A stretch of 32,422 nucleotides of DNA. Origin: Candidatus Helarchaeota archaeon. GTDB taxonomy: Archaea; Asgardarchaeota; Lokiarchaeia; Helarchaeales; RDOG01. The position numbers and the translations under genes were made by a program. Below, piece after piece: positions 18,271 through 27,550 of the stretch (position 1 is the first letter of the stretch; each line of letters starts with the position of its first letter). The notes beneath the pieces are model-generated. The model ran no database searches. It was not told the DNA's origin and worked only from the letters and a program-made list of their open reading frames with translations. The DNA lies in contig JALGVI010000030.1 of NCBI GenBank assembly GCA_029838215.1, forward strand, positions 1-32,422. The letters are read 5' to 3'.

Positions 18271-19431
18271 TCATTCCATTTCTGCTTGAGCTTTACACCA
18301 TAACACGATCTTGGGAGTCAACCAGAATGCACCGTAAATCAGCGGCCCGGCGAGTATCAATAGAATTATTCCAAAGATCAATAGATTGATAAGAGGGAAA
18401 ATGGGGAGAATGCTCATTAGAAGACCCATGTAATCAACATATAGTAAAGACATGAACGTGGATCCAAGGTAAGCAGGGAGAGTGTTGCTAAGCCCGTGGA
18501 TGATAATCGGTCCGACAAGGCTTTGAGTTTTTTCGTAAATGATGCACATGAAAATTCCGAATAGTCCCGTTGAAAGAACTCGAGTGGCAGCATCAAAAAT
18601 GTTGTTGATTTCAAACGTTTTCGGAATGGAAATGATTAAACCATCAAATTTTACATACCACGGAAGATGAAATAGACCAAAAATCAAAGATGATATGATG
18701 ATGGATGCAAAATAAGACCCGTGTTTCCAAGATTTGGTGGCTCGACGGAGCTTATTGTAGAAATAACCACGAAAAATTAGTTCTTCACTCAATGCTACAA
18801 AAAGTATTTGATAAATCAAGGCTATTAAGAAAATGGGATTTGGAATCGTCATGAATGGAGTGAGAATCTGCATTACAACAATTATTTGAGGAAGAAACAA
18901 GAGAAGGGCAATGAGAATGATAGGTCCCAGCAATATAAAAGCCATTATAAAAAGATACGAAGATCCCAATAATGCATTTTGCCAAAATTTCTCCTCGTGA
19001 AGACCAAAGTCCTTGAGGACGAGACCTTCAACTACAAGGATTTGCAAGAAAATTAAATAGAGCATGGGGAGCTTTTCAAGTGGAAGAGTGCAAATATAAG
19101 TGATGTAAGTCCGAAAAACACAGATTAGAAAAGTGTAGTAAATGTTTACGAAGAGTATCTTCTTTATACTCCAATTATCTTCTAATCGATGAAGATCCAA
19201 AAAATCATTAATTTTGGATGGGCGAAATACCACGTATAGAATAGGAATGATTAAAATGAAGGAGAAAAGAATCGGCAATAAATGCATGTATTGATAATCG
19301 ATGGTAGAAGGCAAATGTAGATCAATCCTGAATGGATTTATCGGTAAGAAATCAAATGTTAAAAACAGAATCATGCTTGATAAGAATATATAAATCAGGG
19401 ATGGCAAAGCTCGCTTAATCCAGACATTCAT
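18271..19431 (-). CDS. CPBP/Abi (CAAX protease Rce1-like) intramembrane glutamic endopeptidase
   Basis: ALSEELIFRGY, FGLFHLP, IIIHGLSN in a polytopic protein. The start is placed at ATG 19431 (GAGGG upstream) rather than 19509. Confidence 0.9.
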   Translation of the reverse strand: MNVWIKRALPSLIYIFLSSMILFLTFDFLPINPFRIDLHLPSTIDYQYMHLLPILFSFILIIPILYVVFRPSKINDFLDLHRLEDNWSIKKILFVNIYYTFLICVFRTYITYICTLPLEKLPMLYLIFLQILVVEGLVLKDFGLHEEKFWQNALLGSSYLFIMAFILLGPIILIALLLFLPQIIVVMQILTPFMTIPNPIFLIALIYQILFVALSEELIFRGYFYNKLRRATKSWKHGSYFASIIISSLIFGLFHLPWYVKFDGLIISIPKTFEINNIFDAATRVLSTGLFGIFMCIIYEKTQSLVGPIIIHGLSNTLPAYLGSTFMSLLYVDYMGLLMSILPIFPLINLLIFGIILLILAGPLIYGAFWLTPKIVLWCKAQAEME

Positions 19432-19707
19432 TAAAGAGCCCTCACGTGATTTTACCAAGGTATTTGAGGAGAAAACTCGGTGAATATTATTCTTTTTGTA
19501 TATCGGCATTTAAAACTAATTTCCATACTTTTAGGATCATGGTGATTATTTTATATATCTAAAAAGTGATAGATAAAACTCGCGCCAAAATCTTTGACGA
19601 ATCAAGTAGGTTTTGGTTTGTAAAAAAAAATTGGGGATGTAAAACCATTTTGAAAGAGAATGAAGAATTCATATTTAATTTAGTAAAATTCAAGGAGAGT
19701 TAAAATC

Positions 19708-21714
19708 ATGGCATTAGGAAAATTTTTAGAAGCTGTGAATATTAAGGCGAAATATTATCCAAAAGACCGCCTCGCCGTGATTTTTGGAGACGAATACATC
19801 ACGTGGAAGCAATTAATGGCCAGAATTAATAAATTAGCAAATGCTTTAAAAAAGCTCGGAATTAAAAAAGGGGACAAGGTTTCATTTCTGTTTTACAATT
19901 CGCCACAATTCTTGGAGTCAAACCTCGCAATACAAGAGTTGGGTGCCATTCCTGTACCGATGAATTATCGTTATGTTGCATCGGAAATGGAATTTCTACT
20001 AAACAACTCAGATGCTAAAATCTTCATTTTTGATGAGGATGCTTTAGGGGAGCTTGAAAAGATACGGGATAAAATTCCAAAAGTTGAACATTTGATTTTT
20101 GATGGTCCATTGGAGAAAACTCCAGAAGGCATGTTAAATTATAATGAAATTACCGAGCAAGCAAAAAACAAGTTAATCAAGGTGAATTTAAGCGTTTATG
20201 ACACGGCAGTTATAATTTATACAGGAGGAACAACGGGTCGACCAAAGGGAGTAATGCTTTCTTACGACAATATCCTTTCAAACGAGGAAAGTGCCATGGC
20301 GATGCTTAGCGGCCTGTTGCCCCCAGTTAATGAGCTTGATGGACCATTTGCTAGGAACGAATTACAGAGGCGACTTCTGGAAACGAACGTATCTTTGACA
20401 GGAATTCCAGAGGTTTTCTTTGAAGATCCCAGATTTCATGATAAAGTAATAGTCGTGGAGCAGCCTGCAAAAAAGGGTCCTTCAATTCCTGCAATGACTT
20501 ATGCAATTCGTGAGGGAAAGTTAAAGTCCCTTGTTGGCAAACCTCCCGAAGGTAAATATCATGGCTTGGTCCACATGGCTGTTGCAGATCAAGCAAGAGA
20601 CCTCGCAAATTTGCGACCTTTGACATATAGCAGATGGGGAAGAATAAAATTCAGGTTTAAAATGTTAAAACTCCTTCTTCAAAAAAGAATTCGATTCGAG
20701 GGTGAACCAGAAGTAAAGAATGCGTTAAAGAGGGCAGTGCAGAATCGTCCCGAAGAAGAAGAGATTAATAAAACGATCATGGTTCCACCACTTTTCCATT
20801 TAGCATCTTATGCAGTATTTTTGATTTCATGGATGTTCCAGGGTTCCATCGTCGTGTTCACGAAATCCAAACGTTTTAGTCCTGAAGAAATCTTAGAAAT
20901 GATAGAGCGCGAAAAATTGAAGCAAATATTTCTCGTTCCAACAATGTGGAAAAGAGTTTTGAATTATCTTGAAAAGACTGACCGAAAATTTGATTTGTCT
21001 TCGATTTCGATCATGTTAACGGGTGCAGCAGTTCTTAAAGGTAAATATAAGCAAAAATTGCTTGAATATTTCCCAAATGGAGTTGTGGTTGATGCATTCG
21101 GACAGAGTGAGATGGCTCCTGTGGCAGCCATGCGAATAGATGGGGACCCTAATGAGGTAAAGGACCGATGCGTTGGTAAAATCCTTGAGGGACTCGATAT
21201 TAAAGTAGTTGATGAAAAGAACAATCCCGTTCCTGAGGGGCAGATTGGTGAACTCTGTTACAGGGGAGCTTCAGTCATGCAAGGTTATTACAAAGATGAG
21301 GAAAAGACTAGTGCCACGATAGATTCTGATGGATTCCTTCATAGCGGGGATTTGGGTTACATCAAGGATGGAGAAATTTACATCGTGGAACGCAAAAAAG
21401 AATGCATCAACACGGGAGGCGAAAAAGTCTTTCCGTTGGAAGTAGAAGAGATCATTGCGGAAGATCCGAGGGTTGAACAGGTGGCAGTCATTGGTGTTCC
21501 TGATGAAGAATGGGGAGAAACGGTTAGGGCAGTGGTGGTACCGAAAAAGGGAAGATCCATATCAGAAACCGACATAATAAAGCTTGTTGAAGGCAAGATC
21601 GCAGGTTATAAAAAACCCCGTTCCGTAGTATTTGCAAATGAATTTCCAATGTCTCCTGTTGGCAAAATACTGCGACAAAAAATAAGAGATCAATACGGAA
21701 AGCCGTTAAAATAA
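19708..21714 (+). CDS. AMP-forming acyl-CoA synthetase (class I adenylate-forming) with a large internal insertion
   Basis: YTGGTTGRPKG, PPLFH, FGQSE, GFLHSGDLG, ERKKECINTGGEKVFPLEVE, GKILR. Confidence 0.95.
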   Translation: MALGKFLEAVNIKAKYYPKDRLAVIFGDEYITWKQLMARINKLANALKKLGIKKGDKVSFLFYNSPQFLESNLAIQELGAIPVPMNYRYVASEMEFLLNNSDAKIFIFDEDALGELEKIRDKIPKVEHLIFDGPLEKTPEGMLNYNEITEQAKNKLIKVNLSVYDTAVIIYTGGTTGRPKGVMLSYDNILSNEESAMAMLSGLLPPVNELDGPFARNELQRRLLETNVSLTGIPEVFFEDPRFHDKVIVVEQPAKKGPSIPAMTYAIREGKLKSLVGKPPEGKYHGLVHMAVADQARDLANLRPLTYSRWGRIKFRFKMLKLLLQKRIRFEGEPEVKNALKRAVQNRPEEEEINKTIMVPPLFHLASYAVFLISWMFQGSIVVFTKSKRFSPEEILEMIEREKLKQIFLVPTMWKRVLNYLEKTDRKFDLSSISIMLTGAAVLKGKYKQKLLEYFPNGVVVDAFGQSEMAPVAAMRIDGDPNEVKDRCVGKILEGLDIKVVDEKNNPVPEGQIGELCYRGASVMQGYYKDEEKTSATIDSDGFLHSGDLGYIKDGEIYIVERKKECINTGGEKVFPLEVEEIIAEDPRVEQVAVIGVPDEEWGETVRAVVVPKKGRSISETDIIKLVEGKIAGYKKPRSVVFANEFPMSPVGKILRQKIRDQYGKPLK

Positions 21715-21888
21715 CGAAAAAAATCCATTTTTTTTTCAATTATTCCGATTTAATCGTTTAATGGTTTAATTTGTAATTTTTCACTTAGAAATAGACATGG
21801 AAATAGTTAAAAACAAGTTGAACAAACATAAAACCAATTGTTTCATAAGAATTTACACACTTTTATTTTAATTTTTGGAGGTTTTTAC

Positions 21889-23196
21889 ATGAAAACTAAA
21901 GAAGCTGATGCCAAATACATGTTTGATTTCATAAAAAATATCTGTGATAAACACGGACCTCGACCATCCGCTTCAGAGGCAGAATTAAATGCGACCGAAG
22001 ACATAGAAAAACAATTACAAGACCTTGGTTGCGATGAAGTTTTCACGGATGATTTTTATCTACATCCAGGGGCATATCCACAGGGTTTTGTCAAGATTCC
22101 ATTCGTATTGATACTGACATCCTATTTGCTTTACTTGTTTATTCCCATTATCGTGTTGTTTCTCGTCACATTTGCATTGATCGTATTCATCGTCGAATTT
22201 CCTCTGATGAAGGAATTCATTGACCCATTATTCAAGAAAAAATTATCACGCAACGTGTTTGGAAAGATCAAGCCGAAAAAAGAAACCCGAAAGATCGTCA
22301 TAATAGGAGGACACACGGACTCAGCAAATGTTTTTCCACTTTTCCAAAAAACGCGCCGAGGAATTTTAAAATACGTCTTTGGCATGATCGGAATTGTTGC
22401 AATTTTCATGGTTTATGCGGTCATCACGTTTATCATACAGGTCATGGCATTCTCGTTATCCAATACGTTTTTGCTCGGTCTAATCAGCTTGCCCAGCATG
22501 TTTGGATTTCCATTTCCAATATTTTTCAACATTGGGTATGTGGTTTTTCTTTGTGCGCTTCCATTTATACTGTACGTGTTGCTAAACACGCAATTCTTTA
22601 CGAAACCAGTTATGGGAGCAAACGATAACTTATCCGGTGTTGCGATTGCAATGGGCATTGCGAATTATGTTCAACAGCATGATCGTTATGAACACGTGGA
22701 GTTGTGGTGTGGTAGTTTCGGATCTGAAGAGTCGGGACAAAGGGGTTCCAAGGCGTTCGTGAAGAAATATGGTGATGAATTAGGCATTCTGAACAATGCA
22801 TACACGTTAATCCCAGAATCCGTGGGCGTCGCAGACATTGTAGGTTTTATATCAGCCGAAGAAATGCATTTTGTAAAGCATAGCGACTTCTTGTTACAAG
22901 AGTTCCAAAAAGCATACGAAGCATGTCTTGCAATGGTGGCGCTATCCGGTACAAAGTTCTGTAAGATGGGAATATCACCGCAGGATTTTGCCGGCACGGA
23001 CGCCATGCGATTTAGTGAGAAGGGCTACGAAGCCATTGCTTTTATTGGAGCAGATAAAGACGATCAATGGCCACTTTGTTACCATTCCTTTGACGATGTG
23101 CCTGAAAACATACGTCCAGAACCAATGAGATATTTATTGGAAGTAATCTTGACGTTTCTGGAAAAGTTGGACAAGGATTTAGCCGCAAAAGAATAG
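21889..23196 (+). CDS. membrane-embedded M28 family metallopeptidase
   Basis: GGHTDS, GANDNLSGVA, GSEESGQRGS, YHSFDD with TM segments inserted. The start is placed at ATG 21889 (GGAGG upstream). Confidence 0.9.
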   Translation: MKTKEADAKYMFDFIKNICDKHGPRPSASEAELNATEDIEKQLQDLGCDEVFTDDFYLHPGAYPQGFVKIPFVLILTSYLLYLFIPIIVLFLVTFALIVFIVEFPLMKEFIDPLFKKKLSRNVFGKIKPKKETRKIVIIGGHTDSANVFPLFQKTRRGILKYVFGMIGIVAIFMVYAVITFIIQVMAFSLSNTFLLGLISLPSMFGFPFPIFFNIGYVVFLCALPFILYVLLNTQFFTKPVMGANDNLSGVAIAMGIANYVQQHDRYEHVELWCGSFGSEESGQRGSKAFVKKYGDELGILNNAYTLIPESVGVADIVGFISAEEMHFVKHSDFLLQEFQKAYEACLAMVALSGTKFCKMGISPQDFAGTDAMRFSEKGYEAIAFIGADKDDQWPLCYHSFDDVPENIRPEPMRYLLEVILTFLEKLDKDLAAKE

Positions 23197-23207
23197 AGGA
23201 TGCACAA

Positions 23208-23226
23208 TTTTCTTTTCTTTCTTTTT
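23208..23226 (+). terminator. U-rich terminator candidate
   Basis: T-rich tract after the M28 stop, between convergent genes. Confidence 0.4.
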
Positions 23227-23262
23227 CTATCTTGAATTGATAAAAAGCATTATTATTTTTCT

Positions 23263-23781
23263 TCAAAGAAGAATGGGGAAAAAAGCATTTTCTTTAATCA
23301 CATTTAAGCATACGGAAGTTGACGTTCGTTTTATTTGGAATTTTTTGTTAAGGCTTTTCAAGAAATTGTTTAGTTCACTTATGTGCTTGAATTTAACGGC
23401 GATGATGCTGTCCCAGTCTCCCGTTGTATCATAAATGCCATAAACGTGTGGATTTTTGGATAGTTCATTTTCGATTTCTTGGATGGACTCACCCAGTATT
23501 TGAAGAAGAATGATGGCAGTGATTTGATATCCAATTTTTTCCGTATCGATATCTATGGTGAATTTCTTGATGACTCCTTTTTCCTTTAAATTGGAAATTC
23601 TATTATGGACGGTTCCAACGGCGATTCCTATTTGTTTCCCAATTTCGCGATAATTTGTCTTGGAATCTTCTTCTAGAATTTTTAAAATTTCTAGGTCAGT
23701 TCTATCAACCTTGTACTCTTTTCCATCCTTTCCCTCTTTTTCTCGCGTGTCATTTTTCTTTTCCTTGCTCATAAGCTTCAT
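23263..23781 (-). CDS. Lrp/AsnC family transcriptional regulator
   Basis: VDRTDLEILKILEEDSKTNYREIGKQIGIAVGTVHNRISNLKEKGVI; RAM domain with TTGDWD. Confidence 0.95.
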   Translation of the reverse strand: MKLMSKEKKNDTREKEGKDGKEYKVDRTDLEILKILEEDSKTNYREIGKQIGIAVGTVHNRISNLKEKGVIKKFTIDIDTEKIGYQITAIILLQILGESIQEIENELSKNPHVYGIYDTTGDWDSIIAVKFKHISELNNFLKSLNKKFQIKRTSTSVCLNVIKENAFFPILL

Positions 23782-23969
23782 CCTCTAAAAAATGAATCTT
23801 ATTTAACGAATATATAAAAGTAATCATAATTTGTTCAAGATTTCGAGTTAAATTTATAATTCAATCAGAAGTAAAATGAATGAATTTCTGAAAAATTAAT
23901 AAAAAGGATTAAACTGACTTTTAAATCCACCATCGAAAAAATATGAGCTTAATCTGAAAAAAAGAAAAA

Positions 23970-25217
23970 TCAAGGATAGATACCTCGAAGTTCAATGGCA
24001 CGAGCAATTCTGGCGATACCGACTAAATACGCGGCATTTCTAAAGTCAGTTTTTTCCTTTTCATACATTTTATATACATCATCGAAAGCATGTGCGAGGA
24101 TTCGTTTGAGTTCGTGGTTCACGCGGTCAAGATCCCAAAAGAATGAATGCAAGTCCTGTACCCATTCAAAATATGAACAGGTAACGCCTCCAGCATTGGC
24201 TAGAATGTCGGGAACAACGATGATATCACGTTCTTCCAGAATTTTATCAGCCGAACTCAGCGTTGGACCATTCGCACCCTCGATTATGGTCTTCGCTTCG
24301 GTCGTTTCTGCTATTTTATCATTGATTTGATTTTCAAGAGCGCAAGGCAAGAGAAAGTCACATTTCAATCTCAAGAGATCTTCGTTACTGATGAAAGTAG
24401 TTCCATCGAACTCCACGACAGAACCAGTCTTTTGTTCGTGATTCTTTAATTCGATCATGTCCATTCCATCGGGATTATAAACCCCGCCTTTTTCATCGCT
24501 TACTGCAACGATCTTACAGTTATGTCGTTCATATAAAAATCGTGCAATGGCAGAACCGACATTTCCAAACCCCTGAATGGCTATCGTAGTCGATGAGTCG
24601 AGCTTTTGCTTCGTTTTTTTGCAAAATTCTTCCATTATGTAAAGCATTCCTTGACCCGTTGCGGTTTCTCGACCAAGAGAGCCGCCAATATCAATCGGTT
24701 TCCCGGTAACGACTCCAAGACTGGTCTCTCCGACATTCATCGAATAAGTATCCATTATCCAAGCCATAATTTGAGAATTTGTATTCACATCAGGAGCTGG
24801 AATGTCCCGCCATGGAGAAAACGTCCCGATCATTGATGTATATCGGCGAGTCAAACGCTCAATCTCATTAATTGAAAGTTCCTGTGGATTACAGATGATT
24901 CCTCCTTTCGCACCCCCGTATGGAAGCCCTACTACGGAAGTCTTCATGGACATCCAAAAAGCGAGTGCCTTTACTTCATCAAGGGTGACTTGTGGATGGA
25001 ATCTCACGCCTCCTTTAGTTGGACCGCGAGCTGAAGAATGTAATACTCGAATTCCAGTAAAACATTCAATTTTGCCATTATCTCTTCTAATAGGGAGATT
25101 TACAATGTTTATTCTCTCACAATTTTTAAGAATTACGAGAATATCCTTATTTAGATTTAGGAAATCGGCTGCCTTGTCAAGCTGAGCCATTGCATTATCC
25201 CATGGTGATATTTCCAT
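23970..25217 (-). CDS. gdh: Glu/Leu/Phe/Val dehydrogenase, glutamate dehydrogenase (GudB/archaeal type)
   Basis: PTKGGVRFHP, MSMKT, YGGAKGG, DIPAPDVNT, TGKP..GGSLGRETATGQG, QGFGNVG, GGVTCSYFEWVQ. The start is placed at ATG 25217. Confidence 0.93.
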   Translation of the reverse strand: MEISPWDNAMAQLDKAADFLNLNKDILVILKNCERINIVNLPIRRDNGKIECFTGIRVLHSSARGPTKGGVRFHPQVTLDEVKALAFWMSMKTSVVGLPYGGAKGGIICNPQELSINEIERLTRRYTSMIGTFSPWRDIPAPDVNTNSQIMAWIMDTYSMNVGETSLGVVTGKPIDIGGSLGRETATGQGMLYIMEEFCKKTKQKLDSSTTIAIQGFGNVGSAIARFLYERHNCKIVAVSDEKGGVYNPDGMDMIELKNHEQKTGSVVEFDGTTFISNEDLLRLKCDFLLPCALENQINDKIAETTEAKTIIEGANGPTLSSADKILEERDIIVVPDILANAGGVTCSYFEWVQDLHSFFWDLDRVNHELKRILAHAFDDVYKMYEKEKTDFRNAAYLVGIARIARAIELRGIYP

Positions 25218-25339
25218 AAAAATTTCACCTCCAAAGAAATGAAGAACTACAATTAAGACTTCCCTGATTCCCATTTAAAAAGTAGTCTTGGAATCAAGTC
25301 AAAAAAAAAGATGAAATGGTTAAGTAAAGAGTGGTTAGC

Positions 25340-25726
25340 TCATATAAGGTCAGGATACGCAGAGATCGTTATCGTGTAGGAGTAATCGCCCAAGTAAGTA
25401 ACGTTTACTACGATTGTTGCGATGAGAACAAATCCTACAGGAATGATTTCTTCATAGCTTCCAGCACCGTATGCTTCATAGACATTGACAGGTGTATAAG
25501 TGGAGTTTTTTATTTCAACGATGCATCCACTACAAGTCAATTCTACATGCAATTTGTTACGTGGCATGATCACGTACATCGCATATCCTTGTTCCACTCC
25601 AATTCCAGAACCTTGTCCCTGAAAAGTGTACTGATGCGGTATCAGTACTATGGTCGTGATCACGGTAATACTAACCAAAATTGCGATTATGATGGCGGCA
25701 GTTTTTTTCTTGCCCATTCCTTCCAC
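25340..25726 (-). CDS. hypothetical small signal-anchored beta-rich protein
   Basis: KKK followed by a hydrophobic anchor; beta-rich body with NST/NVT sequons and a CSGC. Confidence 0.6.
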   Translation of the reverse strand: MEGMGKKKTAAIIIAILVSITVITTIVLIPHQYTFQGQGSGIGVEQGYAMYVIMPRNKLHVELTCSGCIVEIKNSTYTPVNVYEAYGAGSYEEIIPVGFVLIATIVVNVTYLGDYSYTITISAYPDLI

Positions 25727-25842
25727 CTAGCATTCGAATTCAGTTAAATCCGCTTGTGAAAATTCTGTTAACGAATCAATAAGAACTTGCTAATCTTGCC
25801 TATTAAATTTTAATATTGCGAATGGTATATAACGAAAATGTG

Positions 25843-26640
25843 TCATTTTCCAACAAAATTGGGCTTTTTTTTCTCGTTTAGAGCAAATACACCGATGCGA
25901 TAATCTTCAGTACCGGCTGATTCAACCTGTATTTGACGTTCCACTTCTAAGTGATCATCAAGACTTTTCGTGTAGGATTTCAAAAACAATTCTTTAGTTC
26001 TTGCATATGCAAGAGTCGGACCTTTTGCTAATCTTTCTGCGTGTTCAAGTGCAACTTTCTCTAGGTCTTCCGGTTTGACAACTTTATTGATAAGTCCCAA
26101 CTCGAGTAATTCTTGAGCGGAAATAATGTCGCCAAAGAAACAGAATTCAGCGGCTTTTGCCCATGGAACTTGTCGGGGTAGAAGAAACGTGCCACCGAAT
26201 CCAGGAATCAATGCAAGTTTGGAGAAGCTTTCAGCAAATCGAGCCTTATCTGAGGCGATGATGATATCGCAACATAGTGCCAAATTCATTCCGGCACCCA
26301 TTGCGTAACCGTTTACTGCCGCAACTATGGGTTTTGGAAACTTTCGGAGCTCATATCCAATGCCGTAAAGTAGTCGCGTAAGATCGTCCATGTATTCCTT
26401 TGAACGGTTTTTCTCAATTGATGCTTTCATTCCTTTAATATCTCCTCCTGCACTAAAACTCCGCCCAGAACCGGTAATCAGAAGGCATCTTACACCATCA
26501 TCATCTTTCAAATCATTTAAAATCTGAGTAAGTTCTTTTCCCGTATTAATGTCTAGCGGGTTTAACTTTTCCGTGTTAATGAAGCGAATGAGTGCAACGT
26601 CACTCGCCAATTTTTCAACAGATAAATTTTGAAATGTCAT
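25843..26640 (-). CDS. enoyl-CoA hydratase/isomerase (crotonase) family protein
   Basis: ITGSGRSFSAGGDI, PIVAAVNGYAMGAG, LALIPGFGG. The probable start is ATG 26640 (ORF track 26655). Confidence 0.93.
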   Translation of the reverse strand: MTFQNLSVEKLASDVALIRFINTEKLNPLDINTGKELTQILNDLKDDDGVRCLLITGSGRSFSAGGDIKGMKASIEKNRSKEYMDDLTRLLYGIGYELRKFPKPIVAAVNGYAMGAGMNLALCCDIIIASDKARFAESFSKLALIPGFGGTFLLPRQVPWAKAAEFCFFGDIISAQELLELGLINKVVKPEDLEKVALEHAERLAKGPTLAYARTKELFLKSYTKSLDDHLEVERQIQVESAGTEDYRIGVFALNEKKKPNFVGK

Positions 26641-26739
26641 AAAATTCACCTGCATGATTTTTCATCAAAAATAAAGAAAAGTTTTTCTTAAAAAATCAAG
26701 GAATTACTTAACAAAGCCATTAATTTCATGTGAGGACTG

Positions 26740-27534
26740 ATGATGGATCTCAAGTATATTCAATACGAAAAGAAAGATGGAATCGCCACGATAACATTAA
26801 ATACGCCCAAGAATTTAAATGCTCTTAATGTTCCGACTTGTTCGGAATTACTCGAAGCCCTAACCGATTGTGAAAAAGACGAATCCATTCGTGCAGTGAT
26901 TTTTACAGGAGCTGGACGCATTTTTTCATCAGGTGGTAACATCAAGGAATTTAAGGACCACGTTGATAAGGGAACTTCTCCCAAATTGATTGGGGACATC
27001 ACGGGTGTCATGCACCCTTGTGCGGTGAAATTAGCCACCATGCCAAAACCAGTCATATGTAAGATAAAACACGGTGCTTATGGTGCAGGATTGAGTTTGG
27101 CTTTGGCTTGTGATCTCGTGTATGCATCAGACGATGCCATTCTTGACACGGCATTTTTCTCGGTGGGTTTGACGGTTGATGGCACGGGTACTTATTCAGT
27201 TCCGCGCATCATTGGAATCAAAAAAGCAAAAGAATTCTTCTGGTTAAAGAAGTTTTCCGCCATAGAAGCCGAAGAATGGGGACTCATAAATAAAGCCATT
27301 CCCATTGACGAAATAGATAAATTTGTTGATGACATCGCCAAAAGACTTGCTAATGGACCGACCTTGGCGATTGCCCGATCAAAAACATTATTGAATAAGA
27401 CGTTCCTGCAAACCATAGAACAACAGGGAGATGACGAGCGCACCTTTCAAATTGAGATCGCCGCTACAGACGATTTTGCAGAAGGTGTAAGAGCATTCTT
27501 GGAAAAAAGAGCTGCAAACTTCAAAGGAAAATAA
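26740..27534 (+). CDS. enoyl-CoA hydratase/isomerase (PaaG-like) family protein
   Basis: FTGAGRIFSSGGNI, GAYGAGLSLALACD, GLTVDGTGT, EGVRAFLEKR. Confidence 0.93.
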   Translation: MMDLKYIQYEKKDGIATITLNTPKNLNALNVPTCSELLEALTDCEKDESIRAVIFTGAGRIFSSGGNIKEFKDHVDKGTSPKLIGDITGVMHPCAVKLATMPKPVICKIKHGAYGAGLSLALACDLVYASDDAILDTAFFSVGLTVDGTGTYSVPRIIGIKKAKEFFWLKKFSAIEAEEWGLINKAIPIDEIDKFVDDIAKRLANGPTLAIARSKTLLNKTFLQTIEQQGDDERTFQIEIAATDDFAEGVRAFLEKRAANFKGK

Positions 27535-27550
27535 TAAAGCTCCGTTTTTT

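Noticed and set aside
18271-19431. CAAX protease as a processing enzyme for the local Rab-like GTPases
   Set aside because: None of the three GTPases ends in a Cys/CAAX motif, and CPBP proteins are widespread in prokaryotes.
25331-25747. 138-aa plus-strand ORF
   Set aside because: It fully overlaps the minus-strand ORF, which has a coherent signal-anchor and sequon pattern; no motif supports it.
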